64,000 bases of DNA, from positions 73,551-137,550 of the forward strand of contig JAJXWS010000001.1 of assembly GCA_021781495.1 (NCBI GenBank), read 5' to 3'. Under the pieces are notes generated by a model. It saw nothing but the letters and a program-made list of their open reading frames with translations, was not told the DNA's origin and ran no database searches. A program made the position numbers and the translations under genes. This stretch comes from Acidobacteriota bacterium. Lineage in GTDB: Bacteria; Acidobacteriota; Terriglobia; Terriglobales; Acidobacteriaceae. Positions 26,956 through 37,428 of the stretch are shown in pieces (position 1 is the first letter of the stretch; the number at the start of each line of letters is the position of its first letter).

Positions 26956-29900
26956 TTAGAAGGTGAACTTCAGAGCAGCCTGGCCAAGGCGCGAGGCATT
27001 TGCCGCGTAGCCCTTGCCGCCGTTGATCTGGCCAAAGGTGGAGCTGCTCGGGTTCGTATCCGGATTGCCCATCACCGGATGGTTGAAGGCGTTGAACATC
27101 TCAAACCGGAACTGGATCTGATACTTCTCCAGAATCGACCAGTTCTTCATCAGCGCGGAGTCCACATTGAAGCTCGGCGGACCGTAGATCATGTTTCTTC
27201 CGCTGCTGCCGAATTCGCCGTCCTTGCGGGGGACGAACGCGGCCTGGTTGAAGTAGCCCTTGATCCAGCTCGACCGGCCGCCGCGACGAACCTTCAGCGA
27301 CTGTCCGGCAACCAGGTCGGCGCGGTCGCTGCAGCTCGTCTTGCAGCCCGAGCCCGTGTTGTTCTCGTTCAGCGACGGGTCAATCGTGTTCCAGTACGTG
27401 CTGTTGCCGCCCGAGATGCTGAACGGCGAGCCCGACTGCAGCGTGATGATGGGGCTCAGTTCCCATCCGCCCAGCACCTGCTGCACAATCATCCTCTGGC
27501 TCTTCAACGCCGGCGTCTGATAGACGAAGTTGGAGGTCCACGTAAACGGAATGCTCAGGCTGGAGATGCCGCGGTTCCACCGCAGATCAAAGGGGTCCCC
27601 GATCTCCGGCGTGCCGAAGGAGATGTTCGCGGCGCTGGCCACGTCAATCGTCTTCTGCCACGTAAAGCTCGACTGCGCCTGCAGACCGTGCGCCATGTTC
27701 CGCTGGACGTTGACCTGCAGCGAGTTGTAGTTGCCCGTGGCGTCGCTGTCCTGCTCCAGAATCTGCGTGAACCGCGAGAAGGGATTCGTCGATCCGTGGC
27801 CGCCGCTGTTGCAGGTGGCGCAGTAGACCGCGAAGTTCATGTCGCGCACATACGACTGGTGGTACGACTCGCTGCCCACATAGGCCAGGCGAATCGCCAT
27901 CGTCGGGCTCAGTTGCTGCTCCACGGATGCGTTCCACGCCTCCGTCATGCCGGCCTTGAAGTTGCGGCCGAACGACGCGCCCAAACTCACCTGGTTGGGG
28001 AACGCGTTGTAGCTTGACGGCGGCTTGTAGCCGATAGACGCAAACGGCGGGAACGGGCTAACCCCGTTGGTGCCGAAGCTCGACGTCTGCCACGGGTTGT
28101 GGAAGTTCATGTAGCCTTCGATGGTCTCCGTCTGCCCCGGAACCTGCGATGTGGTGCAGGAGCCGCCGTTCGGGTTCATCACGCCGTTGGTGGAGCAGAT
28201 CGGCGTATTCGAGGGCGCGTTCGGCACAATCGTCGTGGCAAACGGACCCACGTCTGCTACGTGGTTGTAGGAGGAGTACGCCACCGGTCCGCTGAACAGG
28301 CCAAAGCCCGCATGGAACGATGTGCGCGGCAGGTTATGCGGCTGGTATGCCACGCCCACGCGCGGCTCCCAGTAGCCGTAGTTGCTGGGACGAAGCTGCG
28401 CGTTCATCCCCTTGTCGCCGGGGAAGATCAAACCCGTCGGCGCATTGGGATACATCGCGCTCTGCTGGCCCGCGACAAACGCCGCGCCGCGGCCGCCCAC
28501 GGACGTGGGAGCCAGGTCCGGATCCCAGCGCACGCCCAGCGTCAGGGTAAGTCCCGGACGCACGCGGTACTCGTCGTTGAAGTACGGATCCACCAGCCAT
28601 CCCTTGATGTCGGCGATCTCTCCGGCGCCCTGCGTGAATGAGGACATGTAGCCCAGCAGCCAGTCCGCCAGACCGTTGCCCGTGTAGCCGCCGCCGAAAC
28701 CGATGATGGCATTCGTGGGATACTGCGTGTTCTCCACCGCCGACTGCCGCAGCAGGTCAAGACCCGCCGAAAGCGTATGCCGATGGACGGTCTTGATCAG
28801 CGTGTCAGAGAAGCCCATCGTGTAGCGAACTTCCTGCGAAGGCTCCGTCCAGCCGCCGTTCGCGCCGCCAAAGTACGCGCCTTCCATGTAGCAGGAGCCC
28901 GGCAGCTCCGTCACGTTGATGTAGCGCGACCAGCACATGTTCTTCCCGCCGTGGTCCACCACCGCTGCCGCGTTGTGCGCGCTCTGCTCGTTCCAGAAGA
29001 CAGAGGCCGTATTGACCGTGTCCGCGTTCAGCGTCCAGGTGTGCTGCAGCAGCTCGTTGAAGTACCACATGGTCTCGCCAAAGCCCTGCTGCCAGTTGGT
29101 CAGGTTCAGCACAGACAGCACGTTGCCCGGCACGTCGCCCGAGGGCTGTGTGAACTTGTCCACAAACGACCGCAACGTCAGGCGCTGCTTCTCGCTCAGG
29201 TTGTAGTCCAGCCTGCCCGTGTACTCGTCGTAGTTCTGCTTCAGCGCCGCGGCGTTGTAGTACATGCCGCCGGCCAGGTTCTGGTTGGTCAGCGTGCCGG
29301 GGCCGGTTCCCGAGGCCGCGCTCGAGTGTCCCGGCAGGCCGTCGTTGGTGAACTGCACCGCCACCGGATCAAGCCCGGTCGCGCCGCCGATCAGCTGGTT
29401 CGGCACCCCGTTCACCGTCTGGAAGGGTCCATACAGCCATCCGCAGGAGGTGGTGCCGTATCCGGCGCCGCCCTGCCCGCAATAGGTCGGGTTGTTGGCC
29501 TGCGCATATGTCACCAGGCCGCTGAAGTCGCCGTTCAGCATCTGCTGCGTCGGCGTCGTCGTCTGGCTGGCTGCGCCCGTTCCCACCTGCTTTGTTCCCT
29601 GGTAGTTGAAGAAGAAGAACAGCTTGTCCTTCAGCGCCGGTCCGCCCACATAACCGCCGAACTGGTTGCGCTTCAGCGGATCCAGCTCGTGCGAGTTCCA
29701 GTTCTTCGCATTCAGATCCTGGTTGCGCAAAAACTCAAACAGGCCGCCGTGCCACTGGTTCGATCCCGAACGGGTGGCCATGCTGACCACGCCGCCCGGC
29801 GAAAAGCCGTAGACCGCGCTGTAGTTGCTGGAGAGCAGCCGGAACTCCTGTGTCGCGTCCGGGTTCGGCGTCGGCGAGTTCACCGCCATGTAGTTGTCCA

Positions 29901-30537
29901 TGTTCGACACGCCGTCCAGCATGTAATAGGTGCTGCCCTGGCGGCCGCCATTCGACGACGCACCGGACTCATTCGGGAACGAGAAGCCGCCCTGCACCAC
30001 AAAGCCCAGCTTGTTCACGCCGTCCACCATGCCCGGCGCCAGCAGCGCCAGCGCCGAGGGATCGCGCCCGTTCAGCGGCAGCTGCGTCACCGAGTACTCG
30101 TTCACCGTGGTGCCCAGCTCGGCCGTGGTTGTGTTGATCAGCTCCGCGTCCGCTGTAACGCTTACGGTTTCGCCTTTGGCGGTGGCCACCTGCAGATGCA
30201 CGTTCTGCGTCGCATACAGGTTGGCGTTGATCACAATACCCTTCTGCACGTACTCGGCAAACCCCGGTGACGCGACCGTGAGAGCATAGTTGCCCGGCGG
30301 CACCAGCTTGAACAGGTACACACCTGTGCTGTCCGTGGAGATCGATTGCGCGTAGTTGGTGCCGACGTTCGTCAGTGTCACCGTCGCCCCCGGAATCGCT
30401 GCTCCGGATGGATCGGTGATCTGTCCCGTCAGGCTGCCGTTTGTGCCTTGTGCGAAGGAGAGCGCGCTGGAGCCGAGCAATACGGCAAATACCACCGCCA
30501 GCAACACCCGCAGATGCCTCGCGTTGACCAAATGCAT
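26956..30537 (-). CDS. TonB-dependent receptor, Oar/carboxypeptidase-regulatory-domain type
   Basis: Start moved to ATG 30537; GSLTGQITDPSGAAIPGATVTL, LPLNGRD, QEFRLLSSNYSAVYG, LTLGVRWD, C-terminal LGQAALKFTF. Confidence 0.93.
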   Translation of the reverse strand: MHLVNARHLRVLLAVVFAVLLGSSALSFAQGTNGSLTGQITDPSGAAIPGATVTLTNVGTNYAQSISTDSTGVYLFKLVPPGNYALTVASPGFAEYVQKGIVINANLYATQNVHLQVATAKGETVSVTADAELINTTTAELGTTVNEYSVTQLPLNGRDPSALALLAPGMVDGVNKLGFVVQGGFSFPNESGASSNGGRQGSTYYMLDGVSNMDNYMAVNSPTPNPDATQEFRLLSSNYSAVYGFSPGGVVSMATRSGSNQWHGGLFEFLRNQDLNAKNWNSHELDPLKRNQFGGYVGGPALKDKLFFFFNYQGTKQVGTGAASQTTTPTQQMLNGDFSGLVTYAQANNPTYCGQGGAGYGTTSCGWLYGPFQTVNGVPNQLIGGATGLDPVAVQFTNDGLPGHSSAASGTGPGTLTNQNLAGGMYYNAAALKQNYDEYTGRLDYNLSEKQRLTLRSFVDKFTQPSGDVPGNVLSVLNLTNWQQGFGETMWYFNELLQHTWTLNADTVNTASVFWNEQSAHNAAAVVDHGGKNMCWSRYINVTELPGSCYMEGAYFGGANGGWTEPSQEVRYTMGFSDTLIKTVHRHTLSAGLDLLRQSAVENTQYPTNAIIGFGGGYTGNGLADWLLGYMSSFTQGAGEIADIKGWLVDPYFNDEYRVRPGLTLTLGVRWDPDLAPTSVGGRGAAFVAGQQSAMYPNAPTGLIFPGDKGMNAQLRPSNYGYWEPRVGVAYQPHNLPRTSFHAGFGLFSGPVAYSSYNHVADVGPFATTIVPNAPSNTPICSTNGVMNPNGGSCTTSQVPGQTETIEGYMNFHNPWQTSSFGTNGVSPFPPFASIGYKPPSSYNAFPNQVSLGASFGRNFKAGMTEAWNASVEQQLSPTMAIRLAYVGSESYHQSYVRDMNFAVYCATCNSGGHGSTNPFSRFTQILEQDSDATGNYNSLQVNVQRNMAHGLQAQSSFTWQKTIDVASAANISFGTPEIGDPFDLRWNRGISSLSIPFTWTSNFVYQTPALKSQRMIVQQVLGGWELSPIITLQSGSPFSISGGNSTYWNTIDPSLNENNTGSGCKTSCSDRADLVAGQSLKVRRGGRSSWIKGYFNQAAFVPRKDGEFGSSGRNMIYGPPSFNVDSALMKNWSILEKYQIQFRFEMFNAFNHPVMGNPDTNPSSSTFGQINGGKGYAANASRLGQAALKFTF

Positions 30538-31007
30538 GTACACCTCCTGAAGTAGTTCCCCTGGCTGCCGCGAGTGCCCGATTGCATCTTGAGCTGTGCA
30601 TCCGGCCAATTGCGTAATCGTTTTCAACTTCGCGACCGCCAAGTCCCTGACGCCCCGAGAAGTTCCCCCACTGATTCCAGTTCCCCAGAATCCTCACACA
30701 CTGGCGGGAATAAGCTTTTCTGAGCCGAAATGAACTCTACTCTCGCCACACAACACCTCGTATCTGCCGAAAGTAGGATTGGAAAAATAAATTTCTCGCC
30801 CCGCCAGGCCCCGCTCCTCGTCTGATAACACGCGCATTATCTTGAAATTATCTTTCCCCGCCGGCAATTTCCGCCCGCCGTGCTCAGCCTCTCCCGCACA
30901 GCCGCCCATCCAGCCCAACCCGTCCGACTTCCGGGGGATGCCTGCCGCCTCTCCCGGGCGATACACTCGTCTTCGTGCGCGGAATCGCCTCACGGAACGG
31001 CCCTCGG

Positions 31008-32684
31008 ATGTCGCCTCTCAACCTGCCCCATCTTCGTAACCCCGCCCGCCATGCCGCCGGAGCGCCCTCCATTCCGGCTCGGCGCTGGCAGACGGCCGCC
31101 GCAGCCTGCCTGCTGATGGCCGCCACGCTGGGCCACGCGCAATGCACGCCGCCGCCCGCGCTCAAGGCGCGCCTCGGCAGCAAGCCCACGGCTCAGACTT
31201 ACTCCGCCCTTGGCAGCTGGTTCGGCGACCACAAGCAGTTCGGCTGCGCCGCGCAGGCCTTTGCCTCGGCCGCTCGCCTGCAGCCCGGCTCGGCGGCCAT
31301 CCAATATATGTGGGGCCTCAGCCTCTACTCGGCCGGCCGCGACGCTCAAGCCGCAGCCCCCCTCCGCAAAGCAGCCGCGCTCGATGCCCGCGACATCCGC
31401 CCGCATCTGGCGCTGGCCACCCTGCTCGATCACCAGAACCAGCCCGCCGACGCTGCCACGGAGTGGCGCGCGGCCCTGGCCATCGACCCCGCCAACACCA
31501 CCGCGCTCGACGGCCTCGCCCACGACCTCATCCAGCAGAAGGACTACCTCGGCGTTGTGGCCCTGCTGGATCGGCCCGGCGCAACCCGCCCCCGTACCCC
31601 GCAGCAAAACCTGAACCTCGGCATGGCCTACGCCGGGCTCGTCAAGCTGAATGACGCCGTGCGCGTCCTCCGCGAGGGCTTCACCGCCGCTCCGGACTCC
31701 ATCCCCCTGGCCGATGAGCTGGCCGTCGTTCTGCTGCTCCAGAGCAGGACTGAAGAGGCCTATGCGGTCCTCGACAGCGTCCTGCAGAAGCACCCCGCCG
31801 ATCAGCAGACCCAGTTGCTCTACCTGCGCGCGCTGGTCAACAACCACTCCCCCAAGGCGCCCGCCATGGCCGCCAGCCTGCTCGCACAGTATCCGGACCA
31901 GTGGGAAGTGCTCTATCTGAACGCCGAGCTTGCCGCCGCCACGGGCGATACGCAGCAGGCCCGCGCCCTGCTGGAAAAGTCCACCACGCGCAATCCCAGC
32001 GCCGCCGAGCCGCAAAAGCTGCTCGGCACCGTGCTGGTCCGCATGAACGATCTGCCCGCCGCCCGCGACCACCTGCAGAAGGCCGTCGCCCTCGACGCTA
32101 CCGATCCCGGCGCCGTCTACGATCTGGCCCGCGTTCTGCAGCGCCTCGGCGACACCGCTGGCGCCCGCCGGCAGATCCAGATCTATCAGCAGCTTAAGAG
32201 CGCCCAGGCCGGCCGCAGCCAGTCCGCCGGAATCGCCGTGGAAGGCGACCAGGCCATGACCTCCGGCAATGCCGAGCTGGCCGCGAAGTACTACCGCGAG
32301 GCTCTCGACGAAAATCCCAACGAGCCGCTCCTCCACTACAAGCTGGCGCGCGCCCTCGACAAGACCAACGACATCGCCGGAGAAAAGGCCGCGCTCGAGC
32401 GCGCCCTCCAGCTCAATCCCCGCCTGGCCGAGGCGCAGAACCAGATGGGCTACCTGGCCGTGCGCGCGGGCGATGCCCCGCAGGCCGAAGCCTACTTTCG
32501 CGCGGCTGTTGCAGCCTCGCCTTCCTATATTGTGGGGTGGGTGAATCTGGCCGCCACGCTGGCCAGCCAGGCCCGCTGGTCGCAGGCCCGCCAGGCCATC
32601 CAGCAGGCGCTCCAGATTGATCCGGAAAATGCGGAAGCCCGTCAGCTCGACCAGGCCATTACTGCCGCCCAGCAGAATCCATAA
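31008..32684 (+). CDS. Secreted TPR-repeat protein
   Basis: Many TPR units (ALAIDPAN, ALQLNPRLAEAQNQMGYL); start uncertain (30975, 31008 or 31116). Confidence 0.82.
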   Translation: MSPLNLPHLRNPARHAAGAPSIPARRWQTAAAACLLMAATLGHAQCTPPPALKARLGSKPTAQTYSALGSWFGDHKQFGCAAQAFASAARLQPGSAAIQYMWGLSLYSAGRDAQAAAPLRKAAALDARDIRPHLALATLLDHQNQPADAATEWRAALAIDPANTTALDGLAHDLIQQKDYLGVVALLDRPGATRPRTPQQNLNLGMAYAGLVKLNDAVRVLREGFTAAPDSIPLADELAVVLLLQSRTEEAYAVLDSVLQKHPADQQTQLLYLRALVNNHSPKAPAMAASLLAQYPDQWEVLYLNAELAAATGDTQQARALLEKSTTRNPSAAEPQKLLGTVLVRMNDLPAARDHLQKAVALDATDPGAVYDLARVLQRLGDTAGARRQIQIYQQLKSAQAGRSQSAGIAVEGDQAMTSGNAELAAKYYREALDENPNEPLLHYKLARALDKTNDIAGEKAALERALQLNPRLAEAQNQMGYLAVRAGDAPQAEAYFRAAVAASPSYIVGWVNLAATLASQARWSQARQAIQQALQIDPENAEARQLDQAITAAQQNP

Positions 32685-32696
32685 AGCTTATGCCAC

Positions 32697-32740
32697 AAAA
32701 AAAGGCGGCCTCCCGGAAGAGCATCCCCGGAAGGCCGCCT
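32697..32740 (-). terminator. Intrinsic terminator of the FadL-like gene
   Basis: AGGCGGCCT...AGGCCGCCT stem with an A-tract on its left, giving a U-tract on the minus strand. Confidence 0.75.
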
Positions 32741-32744
32741 GTCT

Positions 32745-34082
32745 TCAGAAGCTCTTCGACAAGCCGATCGTCAGCGAGTTCTCTGACATTTTGCTCGTCA
32801 CGCTCGTGCCGGGAATCGGCCCCATCGAGGAGATCCACGGCCCGGTAATCGAGTTCTGAAACGCATGGTAGTACGTCACGTTGGCTTCCCAGATGCCAAA
32901 CTTCTGCACCACGCCGCCCGAAACATGATGCTGCACAATCGCCGGCGCGGGCGTGTTGAAGAACGTGTACTTGTCCGGCACCGGATTCTGCGAGTAGTTG
33001 TAGCCCACCATCAACTTGGTGCGCGAGGCCACCTTCTGCTGAATGCCGCCGCCCATGGCCCAGATGTTCTTCCATCCAAAGCCGGCCACCGAGTCGTCCG
33101 GATCGTAGCCCACCTCGTCAAAGCCCGAGGTGTTGGTGTAGTTGAACCACCGCGCATCCACGCCGATATGCGTGCCCTCGCTCGGAGAGATGCCCACGCC
33201 CATCGTCACCAGTTGCGGCAGATCCATGTTGAAGTTCAGCGCGTGCGCCGCCCCGGTCAGGTCCGTCGTCTTCCAGTTGAAGTCCTGAAACCACACCGGC
33301 GAGTGATACGCAACGCCCACGCTCACCACCTTGTTCATCTCATAGCGCAGGCCCGCCTGCGCGCCAACGCCAAACGCCTTGGCATTGGTGTTGGCAGACA
33401 GGTAATAGGGCATCGTGCTGCCCGCCGTCACCGGCGCGGAAAACGGAGCCGGAATCACCTTCAGCATGGAGTAGGCCGGAACCAGCGAAACGCCCACCGA
33501 CAGCCGGTCCGTCACCTGCCGCGACATGCCCAGCGGCATGGTAATCAACGCGTAGTTCGAGCGCAGCCGGCCAAACCCGAATCCGTTCGGCGCCTGCGGC
33601 GTCAGAATCGGATTGGAAAAGTTCGTGTTCTCGTCATAGTTCACGCCAAACCCGCTCACCGCCAGCAGGGCGCCGTGATACGCATTGCGGCTCCCCTCCG
33701 GGTGATACACAAAGGCCAGCCCCGGCATGAACGATGTGTTGCGATGGCTCACCGTGGTGCCGCTCAGCGTGGCCGCCGGCATGCCCGGACCAAACGCGTT
33801 GGCGTCCACCGTGCTCGACAGCGACCGCCAGGGAACAAAAGCCGTGGCATGAAACTCCAGCCGGCGGCCCTTGAAGTTCGTCGTACAGGCCGGGTTCCAG
33901 GCAATCGAGCCCGTAGCGTCAATGCAAAGCCCCGTGTCCGCGCCTCCCATCGCCTCGTTCACCGGACCTGCGCCATGCAGAAAGTGCCCGTCCGTTGCCA
34001 GCAATGCCGCTGGACCAAGCAGCAAAATGCCTGCCAGAAGAAATCCAAAAATCGCGCTCGTCGGTCGTCTGTGCGTGTTCAT
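32745..34082 (-). CDS. OmpP1/FadL/TodX-family outer-membrane transport protein
   Basis: Signal peptide, then TDGHFLHGAGPVNEAMGGADTG...WNPA (FadL N-terminal hatch motif), SGFGVNY, C-terminal IGLSKSF. Confidence 0.85.
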   Translation of the reverse strand: MNTHRRPTSAIFGFLLAGILLLGPAALLATDGHFLHGAGPVNEAMGGADTGLCIDATGSIAWNPACTTNFKGRRLEFHATAFVPWRSLSSTVDANAFGPGMPAATLSGTTVSHRNTSFMPGLAFVYHPEGSRNAYHGALLAVSGFGVNYDENTNFSNPILTPQAPNGFGFGRLRSNYALITMPLGMSRQVTDRLSVGVSLVPAYSMLKVIPAPFSAPVTAGSTMPYYLSANTNAKAFGVGAQAGLRYEMNKVVSVGVAYHSPVWFQDFNWKTTDLTGAAHALNFNMDLPQLVTMGVGISPSEGTHIGVDARWFNYTNTSGFDEVGYDPDDSVAGFGWKNIWAMGGGIQQKVASRTKLMVGYNYSQNPVPDKYTFFNTPAPAIVQHHVSGGVVQKFGIWEANVTYYHAFQNSITGPWISSMGPIPGTSVTSKMSENSLTIGLSKSF

Positions 34083-34149
34083 AGTCGTTCTGCTTTCCTG
34101 TTGGATCCCTTAAGCTACGTGTCTGAAACGGGATCTCTGCACAGGTATA

Positions 34150-34165
34150 AGCACGTGACGTGCCA
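34150..34165 (-). promoter_or_regulatory. Sigma54 (-24/-12) promoter of the FadL-like gene
   Basis: Minus strand TGGCACGTCACGTGCT matches TGGCAC-N5-TTGC(A/T) with invariant GG and GC correctly spaced; a sigma54 activator gene lies immediately upstream. Confidence 0.8.
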
Positions 34166-34225
34166 AACGACAAGCAACAGATACGACACGACTTGTCTGA
34201 TTTTTTGGAAATTCAGTGAGACGTG

Positions 34226-34270
34226 TTGTTGCAGCGAAACGTTTCAGTTTGAAACGTTTCGCTGCAACAA
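34226..34270. promoter_or_regulatory. Perfect 21-bp inverted repeat, probable upstream activator sequence
   Basis: TTGTTGCAGCGAAACGTTTCA-gtt-TGAAACGTTTCGCTGCAACAA, centred about 109 bp upstream of the predicted sigma54 start site. Confidence 0.6.
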
Positions 34271-34273
34271 GCG

Positions 34274-35701
34274 CTACTCCAGGTCCAGCTCCCGCATTCG
34301 CCGCCACAGCGTCGACCGGCTCAGACCCAGCGCCTTGGCCGCCTGCGACCGCTTCCAGTGGTAGCGCTCCAGTGCGTCCAGCAGCCGCACCGCCTCGGGA
34401 TTCAGCGTATGCATCTGCGCGGGCGCGGCATGGGCCGGGGTATGCAGCTCCGCGGGCTCCGCCGGCAGTGCCGCCGTCGCCGCCGGAGCATGGCGCAGCT
34501 CCTGCGGCAGGTCTTCCGGCAGGATGGTCTCGCGCCGCGCCACCACCACCGCGTACTCAATCACGTTGGCCAGCTCCCGCACGTTCCCCGGCCAGGAGTA
34601 GTCCAGCAGCAGCCGCATCGCCTGCGGAGAGATGCGGCACACCAGCCCGCGCTGTGCCGTGATGCGATTCAGCATGTGATGGGCCAGCGGCGGAATATCC
34701 TCGCGTCGCGAGCGTAGCGGCGGCACCTCGATCGGCACCACGCACAGCCGGTAGAACAGGTCCTCGCGCAGCCGTCCCTGGCGCAGCGCCGCGCGCAGAT
34801 CCACGTTGGTGGCCGCAATAATGCGCGCATGCGTGGTGCGCGTCGTGCTTTCGCCCACGCGCTCATACTGGCGATCCTGCAGGGCGCGCAGCAGCTTTAC
34901 CTGCAGTTGTGCGGGCAGGTCTCCAATCTCGTCCAGAAACAGCGTGCCGTTGGAGGCCAGCTCGAACCGGCCGATGCGGTCGCGCACCGCGCCCGTAAAG
35001 GCTCCGCGCACGTGGCCAAACAGCTCGGACTCCAGCAGGTCTCCCGGCAGCGCACCGCAGTTCACTGCCACAAACGGGCCGCCTCCGCGCGCCGAGTTCT
35101 GATGGATGGCGCGCGCCACCACCTCTTTGCCCGTGCCGCTCTCGCCCGTAATCAGCACCGTCGCCTCGCTGTGCTGCAGCGCCTCCACCAGCCGGAAGAT
35201 GCGCTGCATCGCGGGCGAGCAGCCCACAACGCCCGAACAGAACACCGGCGCCTCGCCGCACGCTCCCTCCTCCTCGGCCGGGCGCAGCAGAATCAGGTAC
35301 CGCACCAGTGGGTCGCAGATGGCCGAGTCGTCGGAAAGCATGGGCGCGGTGGTAATGGAGACCAGCCGCGGCTCCGAGTCGCGAAAGCGCAGCGTGGCCC
35401 GCCAGCCCTCGCGCCGCTGTCCGTCCAGCAGTGCCTGCCGCAGTTGTCCGCGCGCGCCAAACAGGTCTTCTCCCAGCAGCTCTTCCACCGGGCGGCCCTT
35501 CAGCTCAGCCGCGGCCCCTTCTCCCAGAAACTCCTCCAGCATGCTGGAAGCGTGCAACACATGAAACGTCGGATCGAGGCACAGAAAGGCGCGTCCCACT
35601 GAGGCCAGGGCGCGCGTAATCCCGTGCAGAGCCGCCTCCGTATACGGATTCATCATGGGGTCAAGCTCTGCCGAGGGGTCAGTGCCCGCAGTGGAGGTCA
35701 T
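34274..35701 (-). CDS. Sigma54-dependent transcriptional activator (PAS-like + AAA+ + Fis HTH)
   Basis: Start moved to ATG 35701 (GGAAGGAG upstream); TGESGTGKE Walker [56 protein letters not shown]. Confidence 0.93.
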   Translation of the reverse strand: MTSTAGTDPSAELDPMMNPYTEAALHGITRALASVGRAFLCLDPTFHVLHASSMLEEFLGEGAAAELKGRPVEELLGEDLFGARGQLRQALLDGQRREGWRATLRFRDSEPRLVSITTAPMLSDDSAICDPLVRYLILLRPAEEEGACGEAPVFCSGVVGCSPAMQRIFRLVEALQHSEATVLITGESGTGKEVVARAIHQNSARGGGPFVAVNCGALPGDLLESELFGHVRGAFTGAVRDRIGRFELASNGTLFLDEIGDLPAQLQVKLLRALQDRQYERVGESTTRTTHARIIAATNVDLRAALRQGRLREDLFYRLCVVPIEVPPLRSRREDIPPLAHHMLNRITAQRGLVCRISPQAMRLLLDYSWPGNVRELANVIEYAVVVARRETILPEDLPQELRHAPAATAALPAEPAELHTPAHAAPAQMHTLNPEAVRLLDALERYHWKRSQAAKALGLSRSTLWRRMRELDLE

Positions 35702-35855
35702 GCCGTAAGCTCCTTCCTGCGCCGGGTGGCGCAAATGGAACCTGCGATTGTAGAACGCATTCGCCCGCAAACTCAAACCTGCCCCGGGGCACGCCGACCG
35801 CAGGCCGGGCTGAGATCAGTCTCTCAGGCCGCCCGCAACGGCGATGTGCAGCCGG

Positions 35856-37403
35856 TCACGGCTGTGCCTTAGGCGCCGCGCTGCCGGGCGCCTGCCCAGC
35901 CGCCTCCGCTCCGGGCTTAACCTCTGGAATACCAATTACATCCGTCCCTAGTTCCACGCACGTCCTCACCAGGTTATCGGCCACCATCCGGCCGAAAATT
36001 TTCTTCCCATCGTCGTTCAGATGGGTGCGGTCCAGCGGCGATTTGCCGTTCTCCGCCCTCTGGTCGGCGTGGCCCACGGCGTCCAGCGCGTCCGCCTGCG
36101 CCTGCGTCAGGGTGCCCAGCAGCCGGTCAGAGAGCGCCAGCAGGTCCACAAAGCTCACGTCCTCCTGCTCGGCCACCCTCCGCGCCGCGTTGGCATAGAG
36201 CTGCAGATCGCCGTTCCACGGCTTGCCCTCCCGAAACGTGCGCCGCGCCAGCGGAGACAGAATCACCGGCACCCCGCCGATCGCCCGCACATCGCGGATG
36301 TACCGCCGCAGATTGTCGGCATACGTCGTCTCCGGATCGGTGTGCCGCGCCGGGTCGGGTTTCTGGTCGTTATGGCCAAACTGGATCAGGTAGTAGTCGC
36401 CGTGCCGCGCCAGCGCTCGCGCCCATGCCCCCTCGTCCAGAAAGCTCTTCGTGCTGCGTCCGTTCAGCGCATCGTCCACGCAGGTCACGTTCTTTGTCAG
36501 GTCGGCGCAAAAGCCCGGCCCCCAGCCACCCTGCGGAGCCACGGTCGAGTCGCCCACCAGCACAATCGTCACCGGAGCGCCGTTCAGGATGCGCATCTCC
36601 TTCACACCCTCCGCGGGCAACGGCGCGGCCTGCGGCTGCACATACCTCTGCAGCGGCGGCACAACTGCGCCAAGCCGTACGGCCACCATCCGCCCAAACA
36701 CATAGCTGCCCTGCCAGTTCAGGTGAGTCTTGTCGAAGATGGTCTTGCCGTCCGCGTCTTTCTTTGTAATCGCCAGCCTGTCGCCCTCGGCCTCGCCCGC
36801 CTTGTCCAGATACGCAATGCTCTCCCGCTGCAGGTCGATCAGCGGAACCTGCATCGCGCGCGCCACGCCGCGCATGGCCTCGCTGTACTCCGCCAAGTCC
36901 GAGTGGATCCTGCCGTCCTTGCCAAAGTACCGCCGCGTCAGCGGAGTCACCAGCACCGGCTGGATGCCCGCCGCGCGCGCCTCCGCGACAAAGCGCTTCA
37001 GGTTGTCCACATACTGCGGCAGCGGCACCTGCCGGTCCAGGTGCTGCGGCGTCACCACGTCGTTGTGCCCAAACTGAATCACCATGTAGTCCGGCTTCGT
37101 CGCCAGCGCATGGTCCCACAGCCCCTGCTCGCGATAGGTGCGCGTGCTCGCGCCGCCCTTGGCCATGTTCACGCAATCCACCTGCGCTGACAGGTTGGCG
37201 CAAAAGCCGCGCCCATAGCCCGCGTGGTCCGTCTGCGTCGAGTCGCCGATCAGGTCAATCCGCACCGTCGTCCCCGGCCTGCGCACCGCGGCCGTCTGCG
37301 CGTCAAACCATCGTCCCGGATCGCCCTGCGCATGCGCCGCGCAGGCCATGCCCGCCAGCACGCCCGCCGTCACCAACCACTTCGTCCCATTCCGCCATTG
37401 CAT
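35856..37403 (-). CDS. Tandem SGNH (CE12-like) rhamnogalacturonan acetylesterase with two catalytic domains
   Basis: Start moved to ATG 37403; two complete sets of GDST / G(A,R)ST / IQFGHND / D.THLN motifs. Confidence 0.88.
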   Translation of the reverse strand: MQWRNGTKWLVTAGVLAGMACAAHAQGDPGRWFDAQTAAVRRPGTTVRIDLIGDSTQTDHAGYGRGFCANLSAQVDCVNMAKGGASTRTYREQGLWDHALATKPDYMVIQFGHNDVVTPQHLDRQVPLPQYVDNLKRFVAEARAAGIQPVLVTPLTRRYFGKDGRIHSDLAEYSEAMRGVARAMQVPLIDLQRESIAYLDKAGEAEGDRLAITKKDADGKTIFDKTHLNWQGSYVFGRMVAVRLGAVVPPLQRYVQPQAAPLPAEGVKEMRILNGAPVTIVLVGDSTVAPQGGWGPGFCADLTKNVTCVDDALNGRSTKSFLDEGAWARALARHGDYYLIQFGHNDQKPDPARHTDPETTYADNLRRYIRDVRAIGGVPVILSPLARRTFREGKPWNGDLQLYANAARRVAEQEDVSFVDLLALSDRLLGTLTQAQADALDAVGHADQRAENGKSPLDRTHLNDDGKKIFGRMVADNLVRTCVELGTDVIGIPEVKPGAEAAGQAPGSAAPKAQP

Positions 37404-37428
37404 CGCGCGTCTGCTCTCCCTTGCTGCT

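Noticed and set aside
30824-30841. GATAA-N8-TTATC, Fur-box-like
   Set aside because: It is one base short of the 19-bp Fur box, its core is GC-rich, and the neighbouring genes indicate glycan rather than iron uptake.
32681-32691. Third ATAAGCTTT copy (minus strand)
   Set aside because: It overlaps a stop codon between convergent genes, where an operator would have no promoter to control.
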